Shown here piece after piece: positions 9,039 through 18,090 of a stretch of DNA of 64,000 bases. Under the pieces are notes generated by a model. The model saw nothing but the letters and a program-made list of their open reading frames with translations. It did not search any database and was not told where the DNA came from. The position numbers and the translations under genes are program-made. The stretch lies in IMG/VR virus record IMGVR_UViG_3300020391_000004, positions 1 through 64,000 of that record; one strand, written 5' to 3'. The stretch is from a virus. Each line of letters begins with the position of its first letter. Within the stretch, counting starts at the first letter, position 1.

Positions 9039-10178
9039 TTATCCTAATAATTTACAAATATTACTTGCTAATTTTATAAAAAAGTCTTCCTTATGACCTT
9101 TTGTAGTTTCAGCAGCAGTTCCAATTCTTATGCCACTTGTTTCTACAAAGTTACGAGGATCATTTGGTACACCGTTTTTGTTTACTGTGATCCCATGTGC
9201 TTCTAGTAGGTCTGCTGCTTGCCTGCCACTATGTTTACTGTCACTTAAATCCATTAGTATAATATGACTATCAGTGCCACCAGTCTGTACAGGAAAATTA
9301 TTTGCTTGAAATACCTGACACATTGCTTTAGCATTTGAAACAATTTGTTTTGCATATATTTTATATTCATCTTCTAATGCTTCCATATAACATTGTGCTT
9401 TTGCGGCTATTATATTCATAAGAGGTCCACCTTGTGTACCAGGAAATATTGAACTGTTAATTCTTCTTGTGTAATCTGGATTATTCCAAAGTATCATACC
9501 GCCACGTGGGCCACGTAAAGTTTTATGTGTTGTACTAGTAACTACATCTGCATATGGTAAAGGTGATTCATATGCATGTCCTGCTACTAAGCCACTATAA
9601 TGTGCCATATCTACAACTAAAATTGCACCTATACTATCTGCAATATTTCTGAATGCACTCCAATCGATTTGTCTAGGATATGCACTTGCACCTGCTACTA
9701 TTACTTTAGGCATATTTAATTTAGCAGTGCCTTCAATAATATTATAATCTAAGTAGCCATTTTCATCAACACCATAAGTAACACTATTGTAAACTTTACC
9801 ACTTAGGGTTGGAGGTGCACCGTGTGAAAGATGTCCACCACTTGCTAAGTCCATACCCATTAGTATATCACCTGGTTTCATAAATGCTTGGTATACTGCG
9901 GTATTTGCATTTACACCACTATGTGGTTGAACGTTTGCAAAATCACATTGATATAATTCACAAACTCTATCTATTGCTAATTGTTCAACTTCATCCATAT
10001 TAACACAACCATTGTAATAACGTTTGCCTGGATATCCTTCTGCGTATTTGTTTGTAAAAATACTCCCACATAAATCCATTACTGCTTGGCTTGCATAGTT
10101 TTCACTTGCAATAAGTTCTATAGTTGAATCTTGTCTTTGTTGTTCTTTGTTTAGTATATTAGTAATTTCTTTATACAT
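9039..10178 (-). CDS. glyA: Serine hydroxymethyltransferase
   Basis: LIASEN, NKYAEGYPGKRYY, GGHLSHG, TTHKTLRGPRGG (PLP lysine). Confidence 0.97.
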   Translation of the reverse strand: MYKEITNILNKEQQRQDSTIELIASENYASQAVMDLCGSIFTNKYAEGYPGKRYYNGCVNMDEVEQLAIDRVCELYQCDFANVQPHSGVNANTAVYQAFMKPGDILMGMDLASGGHLSHGAPPTLSGKVYNSVTYGVDENGYLDYNIIEGTAKLNMPKVIVAGASAYPRQIDWSAFRNIADSIGAILVVDMAHYSGLVAGHAYESPLPYADVVTSTTHKTLRGPRGGMILWNNPDYTRRINSSIFPGTQGGPLMNIIAAKAQCYMEALEDEYKIYAKQIVSNAKAMCQVFQANNFPVQTGGTDSHIILMDLSDSKHSGRQAADLLEAHGITVNKNGVPNDPRNFVETSGIRIGTAAETTKGHKEDFFIKLASNICKLLG

Positions 10179-10407
10179 TTTGTATTATATCCAATCCATA
10201 TTTAAGTTTTAGCATAAACAAATCTTTTTCATTTCCAATTCTTACTCTAACACCACGTTGTAGTACATCTGAATTATCACTGCACCAAGGGCCAGTACAC
10301 ATTGTCTTTACATCATGAATTATTTCATCACGATAATTAAAGATATCTTCAGTGTTTTCCATCTCTGTATACATTAAATTATTTGGATAAGGTAATATCA
10401 CTACCAT
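10171..10407 (-). CDS. Hypothetical protein
   Basis: Overlapping-stop operon context. Confidence 0.55.
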   Translation of the reverse strand: MVVILPYPNNLMYTEMENTEDIFNYRDEIIHDVKTMCTGPWCSDNSDVLQRGVRVRIGNEKDLFMLKLKYGLDIIQNV

Positions 10408-11462
10408 GTAGCACTCTTTACACTAGTGGAAAAATTGTTAATAAGTTTTATTCGTTGATTAAAGTTATTTACTAAACTTTCTTGATTTTCAATACATAAC
10501 TTTATTAGTTTATCAACTGGTATATTAAATAATCTTTGTAGTTCTTCTAAAAACATTTCTTCTTTATTTTCACCCTGTTCAAACGAATAATCAAATAACC
10601 AGTCGCAAGGATCAAATCCTAAGTTTATTATTGTATTTCTTATATTACGTGCTTTACTATAAACCAATACAGGTTTAGCCTGAGCATAAAATTTATAAGT
10701 TTTTTCAGTAAGCACTGTATTAGTATAATCAACTCCTATAGTTTCAATACTTAAACCAAATATGTCATTTTTATAAAATGTGTTTTCTGTTTTGAAGGAC
10801 CCCCAGCCTGCTAATAAATCAAAATCAGTAAACTTAGAAATATCAGTTTGTGAAAATTTTAAGTTAGGGTTATAATATTCCATTGTTTCTTTATGTTCAT
10901 TTGCAATTATTGTAGTACACTTATTTTGATGTACGTTTAAAAAATCTAAAATAGGTTGTCTAATGCCATATCTATCATTACTGTAAACATAACTAGTATG
11001 ACAGGTGCAATTATAGTGTTTTACATCATTAAAGTTTGTTGGTGAATCATAATATGAAATTAAATCAAATATGCCTGGCAAATATATTATTGTTACAAAT
11101 TTACAAACCTCATTATGTATACTACGATTATTTGTAATAAAAAAACATTCGCTTGTCCAACTTTCGAGTGAGGCTATGTCCTTAAAAGGTTTAATACTAT
11201 TTTCTAAATTTATATAATTTTGTAAAAAATCTTCTTCAACAACTATAACACACTTAGGACCAGATTGTTTCGCAATAATGTTAACCATCTTTTTGTTTGG
11301 TGGAGTGTCTTGTATTTCACTACAAAAATCATCTCCACTATCTACAAAGTAAGTTTTATATGAAGGAAGTATGTTTTTAAACAGTAATTCACTTAGGACT
11401 AATCTATTATTACTTTCATTTGTAATTAATGAACAATAATTACTTAATTGCATTCTTTCCAC
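10401..11462 (-). CDS. TEK-motif protein, paralog 2 (divergent)
   Basis: FGLSIET...LTEKTYK...KPVL...GFD...FDYSFE. Confidence 0.5.
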   Translation of the reverse strand: MERMQLSNYCSLITNESNNRLVLSELLFKNILPSYKTYFVDSGDDFCSEIQDTPPNKKMVNIIAKQSGPKCVIVVEEDFLQNYINLENSIKPFKDIASLESWTSECFFITNNRSIHNEVCKFVTIIYLPGIFDLISYYDSPTNFNDVKHYNCTCHTSYVYSNDRYGIRQPILDFLNVHQNKCTTIIANEHKETMEYYNPNLKFSQTDISKFTDFDLLAGWGSFKTENTFYKNDIFGLSIETIGVDYTNTVLTEKTYKFYAQAKPVLVYSKARNIRNTIINLGFDPCDWLFDYSFEQGENKEEMFLEELQRLFNIPVDKLIKLCIENQESLVNNFNQRIKLINNFSTSVKSATW

Positions 11463-11643
11463 GTAATTCTTTTACAGTCTTTTTTCCAATCCTATATGCA
11501 ATTCTTGCCATACGTCTTAGCTCAGGTCTGTAGTGTGCCGTTGGTCTAGGCCCTTTATCTTCTGGTGCTCTATAATATCTTTCCATAAAGTCGGATATTT
11601 TATTAAATTGATTATTCCAAATATGTCCTTTTCCTTGATACAT
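11440..11643 (-). CDS. Hypothetical protein
   Basis: Operon context. Confidence 0.5.
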   Translation of the reverse strand: MYQGKGHIWNNQFNKISDFMERYYRAPEDKGPRPTAHYRPELRRMARIAYRIGKKTVKELRGKNAIK

Positions 11644-11994
11644 CTAAGCCTCTTTCGTTATTACGTAATCCCATGGATCACTTTTTGGTTGTTGCAATCT
11701 AGCAAATAATTCTGTATAGAAACTATCTACATTTCCGCCAAACTTTCCTTTTAAATGATCTAACATTTGTTCGACAAAGTTAAAGTCTCCTTTTTTGTAA
11801 TTTTTAATTAAGTTCTCATGTTGTACTTTAAAATGATCTAGTTCTGTCATTTCTGATAGAGGAATATCTCCAGCATCTATGACACACCAGCTTGGAACTA
11901 TATTTTCTTTTATACGGAAAGTATCTAGTTCTAACACTAAGTACCTATCCTTTACAGGTCTAATATCCTGCTCTGTTGCTAAAACTATTTTCAT
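11644..11994 (-). CDS. Conserved phage hypothetical protein
   Basis: Directly downstream of a sigma70 promoter. Confidence 0.65.
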   Translation of the reverse strand: MKIVLATEQDIRPVKDRYLVLELDTFRIKENIVPSWCVIDAGDIPLSEMTELDHFKVQHENLIKNYKKGDFNFVEQMLDHLKGKFGGNVDSFYTELFARLQQPKSDPWDYVITKEA

Positions 11995-12000
11995 ATTGCT

Positions 12001-12029
12001 ATACTATGTTATTTTGATTTATCTGTCAA
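12001..12029 (-). promoter_or_regulatory. sigma70-type promoter TTGACA-17-TAGTAT, ATG 6 nt downstream
   Basis: Read directly; no SD between the -10 element and the ATG. Confidence 0.75.
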
Positions 12030-12044
12030 TTTATTTATTGTAAT

Positions 12045-12070
12045 AAAAAAGAGGGCATAAGCCCTCTATT
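12045..12070 (-). terminator. Rho-independent terminator
   Basis: GAGGGC-TTAT-GCCCTC followed by a T-tract. Confidence 0.85.
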
Positions 12071-12088
12071 TCTATAAGTTTACTATAA

Positions 12089-12352
12089 TTATATAGCTAT
12101 CTTTGGTTCTGATCCATTGGTCATTTTGTCTGTTAAATTTTTGACAGCATCACTATCTACACAATAAAAATTACTTACAGGTCTCCCTTTATATTCCTGT
12201 TGTGCTTTTTGTGCTAGTCCATCTGCTTCGTAGTAAACAAATTCTTTACATTCTTCTACTGAGCTAAATGATGGTTCCGATATAATATATACATCTTGAT
12301 TGGGAAATTCTGGTGATGTCATCATCGACATAACAATTAAAATTGTTTCCAT
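12089..12352 (-). CDS. Small exported two-Cys protein
   Basis: Hydrophobic N-terminus, FSSVEEC...FYCV. Confidence 0.6.
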   Translation of the reverse strand: METILIVMSMMTSPEFPNQDVYIISEPSFSSVEECKEFVYYEADGLAQKAQQEYKGRPVSNFYCVDSDAVKNLTDKMTNGSEPKIAI

Positions 12353-12385
12353 TGGTTAATCTACTTTCTTTCCGTGTAAGAACAC

Positions 12386-12823
12386 TTACAGTGTACTCAA
12401 CATCTTTTTTAGTTTTTTCTTTGATTTACCAAAAACCTTTGTTTTAGCAACCAATTTTTTGTTATCGATGTTGTTTCCAACTACTACTAATCCAATCATT
12501 CCCATTGTCTTATGTGGGGTACATTGGTAAAGATAAATTCCAGGTTTTTCAAATGTATAAGTAAACTTCTTATTCATTTTACTTTTAACCTTTTTAATTC
12601 CATCTGGGGCAGCAATGAAATGTACGTTATGTCCTTTTGTTTTAGGTAACCATGTTATTGTATCACCTATCTCAACTTTTACAACGTCTTCAGAGTAGAC
12701 CATCTTTTGACCGTCTGCTCTTTTGTTAAGCATATCAAGTTGCATATCTTTACTGTATGCTAAACCTGAAAACACTACTAAAAATAAATTAACTGTAATA
12801 ACTAATATTAATAAATTTTTCAT
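12386..12823 (-). CDS. Pseudoazurin-type blue copper protein
   Basis: Signal peptide; GHNV and YQCTPHKTMGM supply the His-Cys-His-Met type 1 Cu ligands. Confidence 0.9.
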   Translation of the reverse strand: MKNLLILVITVNLFLVVFSGLAYSKDMQLDMLNKRADGQKMVYSEDVVKVEIGDTITWLPKTKGHNVHFIAAPDGIKKVKSKMNKKFTYTFEKPGIYLYQCTPHKTMGMIGLVVVGNNIDNKKLVAKTKVFGKSKKKLKKMLSTL

Positions 12824-12825
12824 TT

Positions 12826-13014
12826 TTATTTATTATCCTTTAGGCTGTCGGTTAAAGTTTTTGCTATGTCATAATGTCCATAACAGGCTAATACATGTGC
12901 TGCTCTTTGTTTTCCAATTCTTTCGAATGTTTTGTTAATTTTTCCTGTAGCCAGTGCCCAGCCTACTAAAAAACTTCTAGTCATTGTTTGAGTTCCTAAA
13001 ATTAAAGCGGTCAT
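12826..13014 (-). CDS. Small hypothetical protein (start revised to 13014)
   Basis: TAATG coupling with the upstream gene; IGKQRAA..LA..GHY.IAK pattern seen in small alphaproteobacterial proteins. Confidence 0.55.
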   Translation of the reverse strand: MTALILGTQTMTRSFLVGWALATGKINKTFERIGKQRAAHVLACYGHYDIAKTLTDSLKDNK

Positions 13015-13172
13015 TATATGCCAAACCTTCCGTGTGTTGTGTGTAATTTTTTCATTCTGTATTCTAAATCGCACAAGTCAGTTGACTGTGCAAGGTATTT
13101 CTCGTTAGCACTTCGCGAATCAAACATGTTTCGAAACATTGCCACAAGATTTTTTAATAGCGTCTTAGCCAT
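13014..13172 (-). CDS. DUF3563-like small protein (52 aa, start revised)
   Basis: AAGGAG RBS; EKYLAQSTDLCDLEYRMKKL motif. Confidence 0.6.
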   Translation of the reverse strand: MAKTLLKNLVAMFRNMFDSRSANEKYLAQSTDLCDLEYRMKKLHTTHGRFGI

Positions 13173-13200
13173 TTTTTTCTCCTTATTAATGTTATATGCT

Positions 13201-13275
13201 TGAGGGGAGCAATACCGCGGTCTGTTTCCCGCCGCCACTTGGTCTTTCCCAGGTGCCATGTAGTTTCTACTACAT
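13201..13275 (-). ncRNA. Candidate structured leader/small RNA (three hairpins)
   Basis: GC-rich island in AT-rich DNA; three consecutive stem-loops downstream of TATAAATA at 13279-13286. Confidence 0.45.
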
Positions 13276-13411
13276 TCTTATTTATAGTTATAATACCACA
13301 TTTCTAGGCAAAAATCAACATGCATTTTGTAAAGACGGTATTGCTTTTTTAGCAACAATAGGAGCAAAAATGGTCCTATTCTATATGATATAACAATAAT
13401 GTATTTTTAGT

Positions 13412-14377
13412 TTATAATCCGTTTGGAACTATTACATAGTGTATTGCTAGTACTATTCCTAAACTTGCACCTAAACCTATCATCATCTTCATAAAGTCTC
13501 TTCCTACAATAGGAAATACATTCTTTAGTCTGTATGATCCATTGCTCATTGTACTAATTGCTAGTTCTCTACCACATAGTAGTCCAACAAATACCCAAGT
13601 AGTTGACATCGGTATGTTGTTTAGTTCTTTAAAGACGAACAAGCATAAGAAGTATGCGCCATCAATTATACATGCACTTCGTACATATCTAGTGTGTTGC
13701 TTTTCTAATACAATCTTTTGTATCTTTCCTCCACCTTCACGGAACATAAATCCTAAGCCTAGTACAAATACTAAACTTACACCTATCATCATATCCCATG
13801 GCACTGCTCTTGGCAAAAATACTGCAATATTGGCTACATCATGACTTAACCATGTGAACCATAAGAAGCCTGTTGTAATCCATTGTCCTATACGCCAATA
13901 CTTTTTACGTTCTTCTTTTACTGGATCATTACGTTCATCTAGTCTTCTTGCTACAAGTATCCATAAACAGTAGGCAAACACACCTGCTACTGCATAACCC
14001 ATGATTGATTTCACAAGCATTTTCTCTAGTATAAACGTACTTGCAAAGGCACTTAAAACTAAAAAAGATGTACTAACAGGTACACCTATCCTTGTGAGCA
14101 ATAATAATACTAACGGTGCCATAGCATGATACCATTGTATTTCTTGGAATGGTATCTTAGTTAATCTGCCGTAACTAATATCTCCGCCGTTAGTATACCA
14201 ACCATACCATAAACACCAAAGTAATATTGTGCTACTTGCTCCCCATAATATAGTCCAATGAAATCTTTGATTGTTACTTGCGATCCATGTACCTAATGTT
14301 TGTACACTATCATTCGCAATAACACTATAGCCTGCGAATAAAAATCCCAGTGCCATCCATAATGTTAATTGATCCAT
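13412..14377 (-). CDS. PiT/PHO4-like inorganic phosphate transporter-like membrane protein
   Basis: Multi-TM; ANDSVQTLGT and SHDVANIA repeats echo the PiT GANDVAN signature; PVSTS and PMSTT repeats. Confidence 0.6.
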   Translation of the reverse strand: MDQLTLWMALGFLFAGYSVIANDSVQTLGTWIASNNQRFHWTILWGASSTILLWCLWYGWYTNGGDISYGRLTKIPFQEIQWYHAMAPLVLLLLTRIGVPVSTSFLVLSAFASTFILEKMLVKSIMGYAVAGVFAYCLWILVARRLDERNDPVKEERKKYWRIGQWITTGFLWFTWLSHDVANIAVFLPRAVPWDMMIGVSLVFVLGLGFMFREGGGKIQKIVLEKQHTRYVRSACIIDGAYFLCLFVFKELNNIPMSTTWVFVGLLCGRELAISTMSNGSYRLKNVFPIVGRDFMKMMIGLGASLGIVLAIHYVIVPNGL

Positions 14378-14411
14378 AATCTTCCTCTAGATATATCTTT
14401 AATTAATGTTA

Positions 14412-14440
14412 ATTCTACATTAATATTTAATATCTGTCAA
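14412..14440 (-). promoter_or_regulatory. sigma70-type promoter TTGACA-17-TAGAAT
   Basis: Read directly upstream of the transporter. Confidence 0.75.
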
Positions 14441-14524
14441 CTCGAAAAAGATTACAGTTTTGTTACAAATTTAATAAACTTTTGTTACAAGATGTCAATT
14501 GGTAAATATGTTTAGGAGAGTCAA

Positions 14525-14722
14525 ATGATAAAAAATTTAAAAGATTTAGTTATAGTCTTACTCGTAGGAGGAGTACTCACACTTCTAGGTGTAATAATCA
14601 TAGGTGATTACTATGTTGCATTACAAGAAAATAGACCTATAGACGAGGAAGTGATTACATTAATGAAAATGGCACTTACAGGTCTAATAGGTATAATTGC
14701 TGGTTACATGGGTTCAAAATAG
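14525..14722 (+). CDS. Small two-TM membrane protein
   Basis: TAAATA and AGGAG upstream; two hydrophobic helices. Confidence 0.7.
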   Translation: MIKNLKDLVIVLLVGGVLTLLGVIIIGDYYVALQENRPIDEEVITLMKMALTGLIGIIAGYMGSK

Positions 14723-14934
14723 AATACAGGTTGTAATACAAGTGAGTTCATACTCACACAACCCATTTCGGTAATATCTACTTTTCCATAAGCACGATTA
14801 GCCGAATCTATCATGTTTGTTTGATTTTTACTTACATATGCTTTGCATTCCATCATATTTGTAAATGGAATACTCTGATTAACTTTAATGTCAGATCCAG
14901 ACAATGATGCTATGACAATATAAATGAATATCAT
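14704..14934 (-). CDS. Small exported two-Cys protein (start revised to 14934)
   Basis: MIFIYIV hydrophobic start, FTNMMEC...MGCV; TAATG coupling. Confidence 0.55.
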   Translation of the reverse strand: MIFIYIVIASLSGSDIKVNQSIPFTNMMECKAYVSKNQTNMIDSANRAYGKVDITEMGCVSMNSLVLQPVFYFEPM

Positions 14935-15155
14935 TAGTACACCTTTGTTGTTTTTGTGTTTATTCTTCGTGGTTCGCATACTGCTATGTATGACCTTGTC
15001 TTAGGAACATCATCGCCTGCTGTCCTGTTGGGAACCGGTGGTTGATTAGTTAGCCTCTCTGCAAAATATTTGCAATCATCAACACTGTAAAAATACATGT
15101 TTTGGCTAATTGTTTTTTGTCCGAGATAAAGTATTAGTAAGAATACGTGAGTCAT
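14934..15155 (-). CDS. Small exported two-Cys protein
   Basis: Hydrophobic start, FYSVDDC...AVCEP. Confidence 0.55.
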   Translation of the reverse strand: MTHVFLLILYLGQKTISQNMYFYSVDDCKYFAERLTNQPPVPNRTAGDDVPKTRSYIAVCEPRRINTKTTKVY

Positions 15156-15161
15156 AATATA

Positions 15162-15653
15162 TCAACTAGTATATACTACTGCTCCAATTACTGCTCCTGC
15201 ACCAATTATTACAACACCTATTACTAAGAGAACTGTTTTTATATCTGCCCATAGTTCTGCATCTGCTTTACGTTTTTCTATACGTGCTTGTTTTTCAGCC
15301 TCTTTAGCTTCTTGGATACGTTTTGCACGTTCATCAACAATACCTTGCCAAGTTCCAGGACCAAAACGTAAATTTATAAGTGTAGAAATTTCCTGCAATT
15401 GCTCAGCGGCTAGTCGTGCATCTATTGTTTCTCTTGCAATATGTGATGCGTCAAATTGTTCCTTTACACCTAATCCTTTCTTATTGGATCTTCTGTTTAC
15501 TTCGTCTTTTCCGCGAAATAAAGCATCAATATGACTACCTAATTCACCTATGTCTTTACAAGTGTCTATATTTGATTTTATAAATTCTACACTAGATTTC
15601 ACTAGTGCAATACCCGCAAGTATTTCTGCTACTGGCATAAAATATCCTCTCAT
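15162..15653 (-). CDS. Coiled-coil protein with C-terminal TM
   Basis: Charged helical middle and hydrophobic C-terminus; late promoter upstream. Confidence 0.6.
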   Translation of the reverse strand: MRGYFMPVAEILAGIALVKSSVEFIKSNIDTCKDIGELGSHIDALFRGKDEVNRRSNKKGLGVKEQFDASHIARETIDARLAAEQLQEISTLINLRFGPGTWQGIVDERAKRIQEAKEAEKQARIEKRKADAELWADIKTVLLVIGVVIIGAGAVIGAVVYTS

Positions 15654-15682
15654 TATCTCTCAATAGTATTTATACTACTATA

Positions 15683-16894
15683 TTAAGACTTGAGTACTGA
15701 TACTCCTATGCTAATAGGTAAGGGTTTTGTCTTTTCGAATTTTGGAAGTAATGGTAACAATATCATAAAGTGTATAAAATAATATGCAGTTGCTATTCTA
15801 GAAAGCACAACATATATGCCTTCAGCTGGCATAGCACCTAAATATCCTAGTGCAATACAATCTACGAACAGGATCCAAAAGAATATTTTATACCAAGGCC
15901 TAAATGTACTGCTTCTCACAGGTGACCTATCAAGCCACGGTAAAACAAACAATACGACTATAGCACCAAACATTAATAGCACTCCACCTAGTTTGTCAGG
16001 CACTGCACGTAGTATTGCATAGAAAGGTAAAAAGTACCATTCAGGAACAATGTGGGCTGGAGTTACCATTGGGTTTGCAGGTATGTAATTATCTGGATGC
16101 CCCATAAAATTTGGAAAGAAAAATATTGCAGCAGCAAATAATGTTAAGAAAACTCCTAGTCCAAATAGATCTTTAATTGTGTAATATGGATGAAAAGGTA
16201 GTGTATCTTGTGTTCCTTTAATATCAATTCCAATAGGATTGTTAGAACCAAATCTATGTAATGCAACTAAATGTAATATTACTACTCCAACTATAACAAA
16301 TGGAAGTACAAAATGCAAACTAAAGAATCTGTTTAACAGTGCATTGTCTACACTAAAACCACCCCATAGCCATGTAACAAATTGTTCGCCTACTAATGGT
16401 ATTGCACTAAACAAGTTTGTAATAACCGTTGCACCCCAGAAGCTCATCTGTCCCCATGGTAATACATAACCCATAAAAGCAGTTGCCATCATTAGTAGTA
16501 GTATTAGTACACCTAGTATCCATAACAGTTCTCGAGGTGCTTTGTAACTGCCGTAATAGAGCCCTCGGAATATATGAATGTAAGTTACAATGAAAAAGAA
16601 ACTTGCTCCATTCATGTGTATGTAACGTATTAACCATCCGTGATTTACATCTCGCATAATACGTTCTACACTATCAAATGCATAATCAACGTGTGCAGTA
16701 TAATTCATACTTAGAACAATACCAGTGATTATCATTGTGACTAGTGCTATACCACTAAGACTTCCAAAGTTCCACATATAGTTTAGGTTCTTTGGAGTAG
16801 GGTACTCGTTAAGTTCGTGATTCATAAAAGTGAATATACCAAGTCTGTGGTCTATCCAATTTACAACGGAATTTTTAAATTTTTTATTTGCCAT
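15683..16894 (-). CDS. petB: Cytochrome b of the cytochrome bc1 complex
   Basis: [57 protein letters not shown]; all four heme-ligand His present; 403 aa. Confidence 0.98.
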   Translation of the reverse strand: MANKKFKNSVVNWIDHRLGIFTFMNHELNEYPTPKNLNYMWNFGSLSGIALVTMIITGIVLSMNYTAHVDYAFDSVERIMRDVNHGWLIRYIHMNGASFFFIVTYIHIFRGLYYGSYKAPRELLWILGVLILLLMMATAFMGYVLPWGQMSFWGATVITNLFSAIPLVGEQFVTWLWGGFSVDNALLNRFFSLHFVLPFVIVGVVILHLVALHRFGSNNPIGIDIKGTQDTLPFHPYYTIKDLFGLGVFLTLFAAAIFFFPNFMGHPDNYIPANPMVTPAHIVPEWYFLPFYAILRAVPDKLGGVLLMFGAIVVLFVLPWLDRSPVRSSTFRPWYKIFFWILFVDCIALGYLGAMPAEGIYVVLSRIATAYYFIHFMILLPLLPKFEKTKPLPISIGVSVLKS

Positions 16895-17061
16895 ATTGAT
16901 ATTTATTATTTCGATTGGTTAAGTCTTTGATGGAGTTTCTTAACTCCATAATTTTGTTGTTTTATATACATAATTTGAGATGATCTTAAAACTTGAATTA
17001 TAGGACCATTTGGTGCAACAATTTTTTCTATTGACGGAATATGTTTGACGTACTTAGCCAC

Positions 17062-18090
17062 TTACACTTTAGCCATAGTCAACTTTAATTGCACAAATAC
17101 TTCTTTAGGACTAGCAGCACTTGGAATAATACTAATACCATGAGCACCAAATTGTCCAGCTTCTCTATACTTCGCAAAGTCTCCTCCGTTATTTACACAA
17201 ATATATTTGAGATTGGAAAAATTTATTGCTAGTACACTATCAAATCCGTGACTTGCTTTATAGCTATCAAAATTTGCTTTACCGTACATAATCTCTGCAC
17301 GTTTTGAATCATCTTGCATAAATGCTTCTACAAATGGTCCAGGATTTTTAAATATTGTATCATACCATTTACCTAGCATTTCTTGTCTTTGTTTCTTTTT
17401 CTCAGGATCATTTAATGGTAAATCTATACTAAGATATTTCATAAAATTATCTAATCCAAGAGTTGCTTGTTTGGATATATGATTTGCAATGCTAGGAAGT
17501 TGTGTCCAATATTCCTTAGCTACTGCAGCAGTAGGGCCTCCTTCACCTAAGCGACCTCCGCCTGTTTTCATTTCTGCTTTTACTTCAATACCGGCTCCGT
17601 CGACCGAAATATCCCCGCCGGTATCTTTAAGTGTTATCTTATTTGACAACATTGCTAGTGCATATTCTCCAGGACCTTTTTGTTTTTTTCCGGCTCCGAG
17701 AGTAGCAATAGATTGAAATATTCTTGTTGCAGTCTCATCACCATCAAAAAATGATCTTACTGTTCCAATACCAGGTGTCTTTACAACTGAGGTATTTACG
17801 ACGCTTCCTGTTTCTAGTTTATCTAAAAATTTTACTAAACTTTTATAGTCTACGCCTGAATGGTAAATCATCTGTGTTAGTATTTTCAAAAGGGGCTCTA
17901 GTTTAAATGTGTCATCTTGTGTTGGTGGAATAAAAGATTTTGCAATTTTAGTGCTAATATCTTCGCTACTTAATGTTCTATATATTCTATCCAACAACTC
18001 AGCATCTTGTTCGTTATCTGCTCGCAGTCCAGATACAGAAGCAATAATTGCCTTTTTCATTTCGTCGGAGTTAAGTTCATATAACAGCAT
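17062..18090 (-). CDS. Putative PD-(D/E)xK nuclease-like protein with N-terminal MLLYEL motif
   Basis: GPGEYAL...GGDISVDGAGIEVK (D...ExK). Confidence 0.45.
   Translation of the reverse strand: MLLYELNSDEMKKAIIASVSGLRADNEQDAELLDRIYRTLSSEDISTKIAKSFIPPTQDDTFKLEPLLKILTQMIYHSGVDYKSLVKFLDKLETGSVVNTSVVKTPGIGTVRSFFDGDETATRIFQSIATLGAGKKQKGPGEYALAMLSNKITLKDTGGDISVDGAGIEVKAEMKTGGGRLGEGGPTAAVAKEYWTQLPSIANHISKQATLGLDNFMKYLSIDLPLNDPEKKKQRQEMLGKWYDTIFKNPGPFVEAFMQDDSKRAEIMYGKANFDSYKASHGFDSVLAINFSNLKYICVNNGGDFAKYREAGQFGAHGISIIPSAASPKEVFVQLKLTMAKV

Noticed and set aside
13201-13260. Cobalamin, ZTP or c-di-GMP riboswitch assignment for the GC-rich element
   Set aside because: Only short fragments (GGGAA, GACC) match; the core consensus of each class is missing, so it is left unassigned
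16886-17062. Possible 58-codon GTG-started ORF between the nuclease-like gene and petB
   Set aside because: No RBS or recognisable motif, and it overlaps the petB promoter and start; not supportable without homologs
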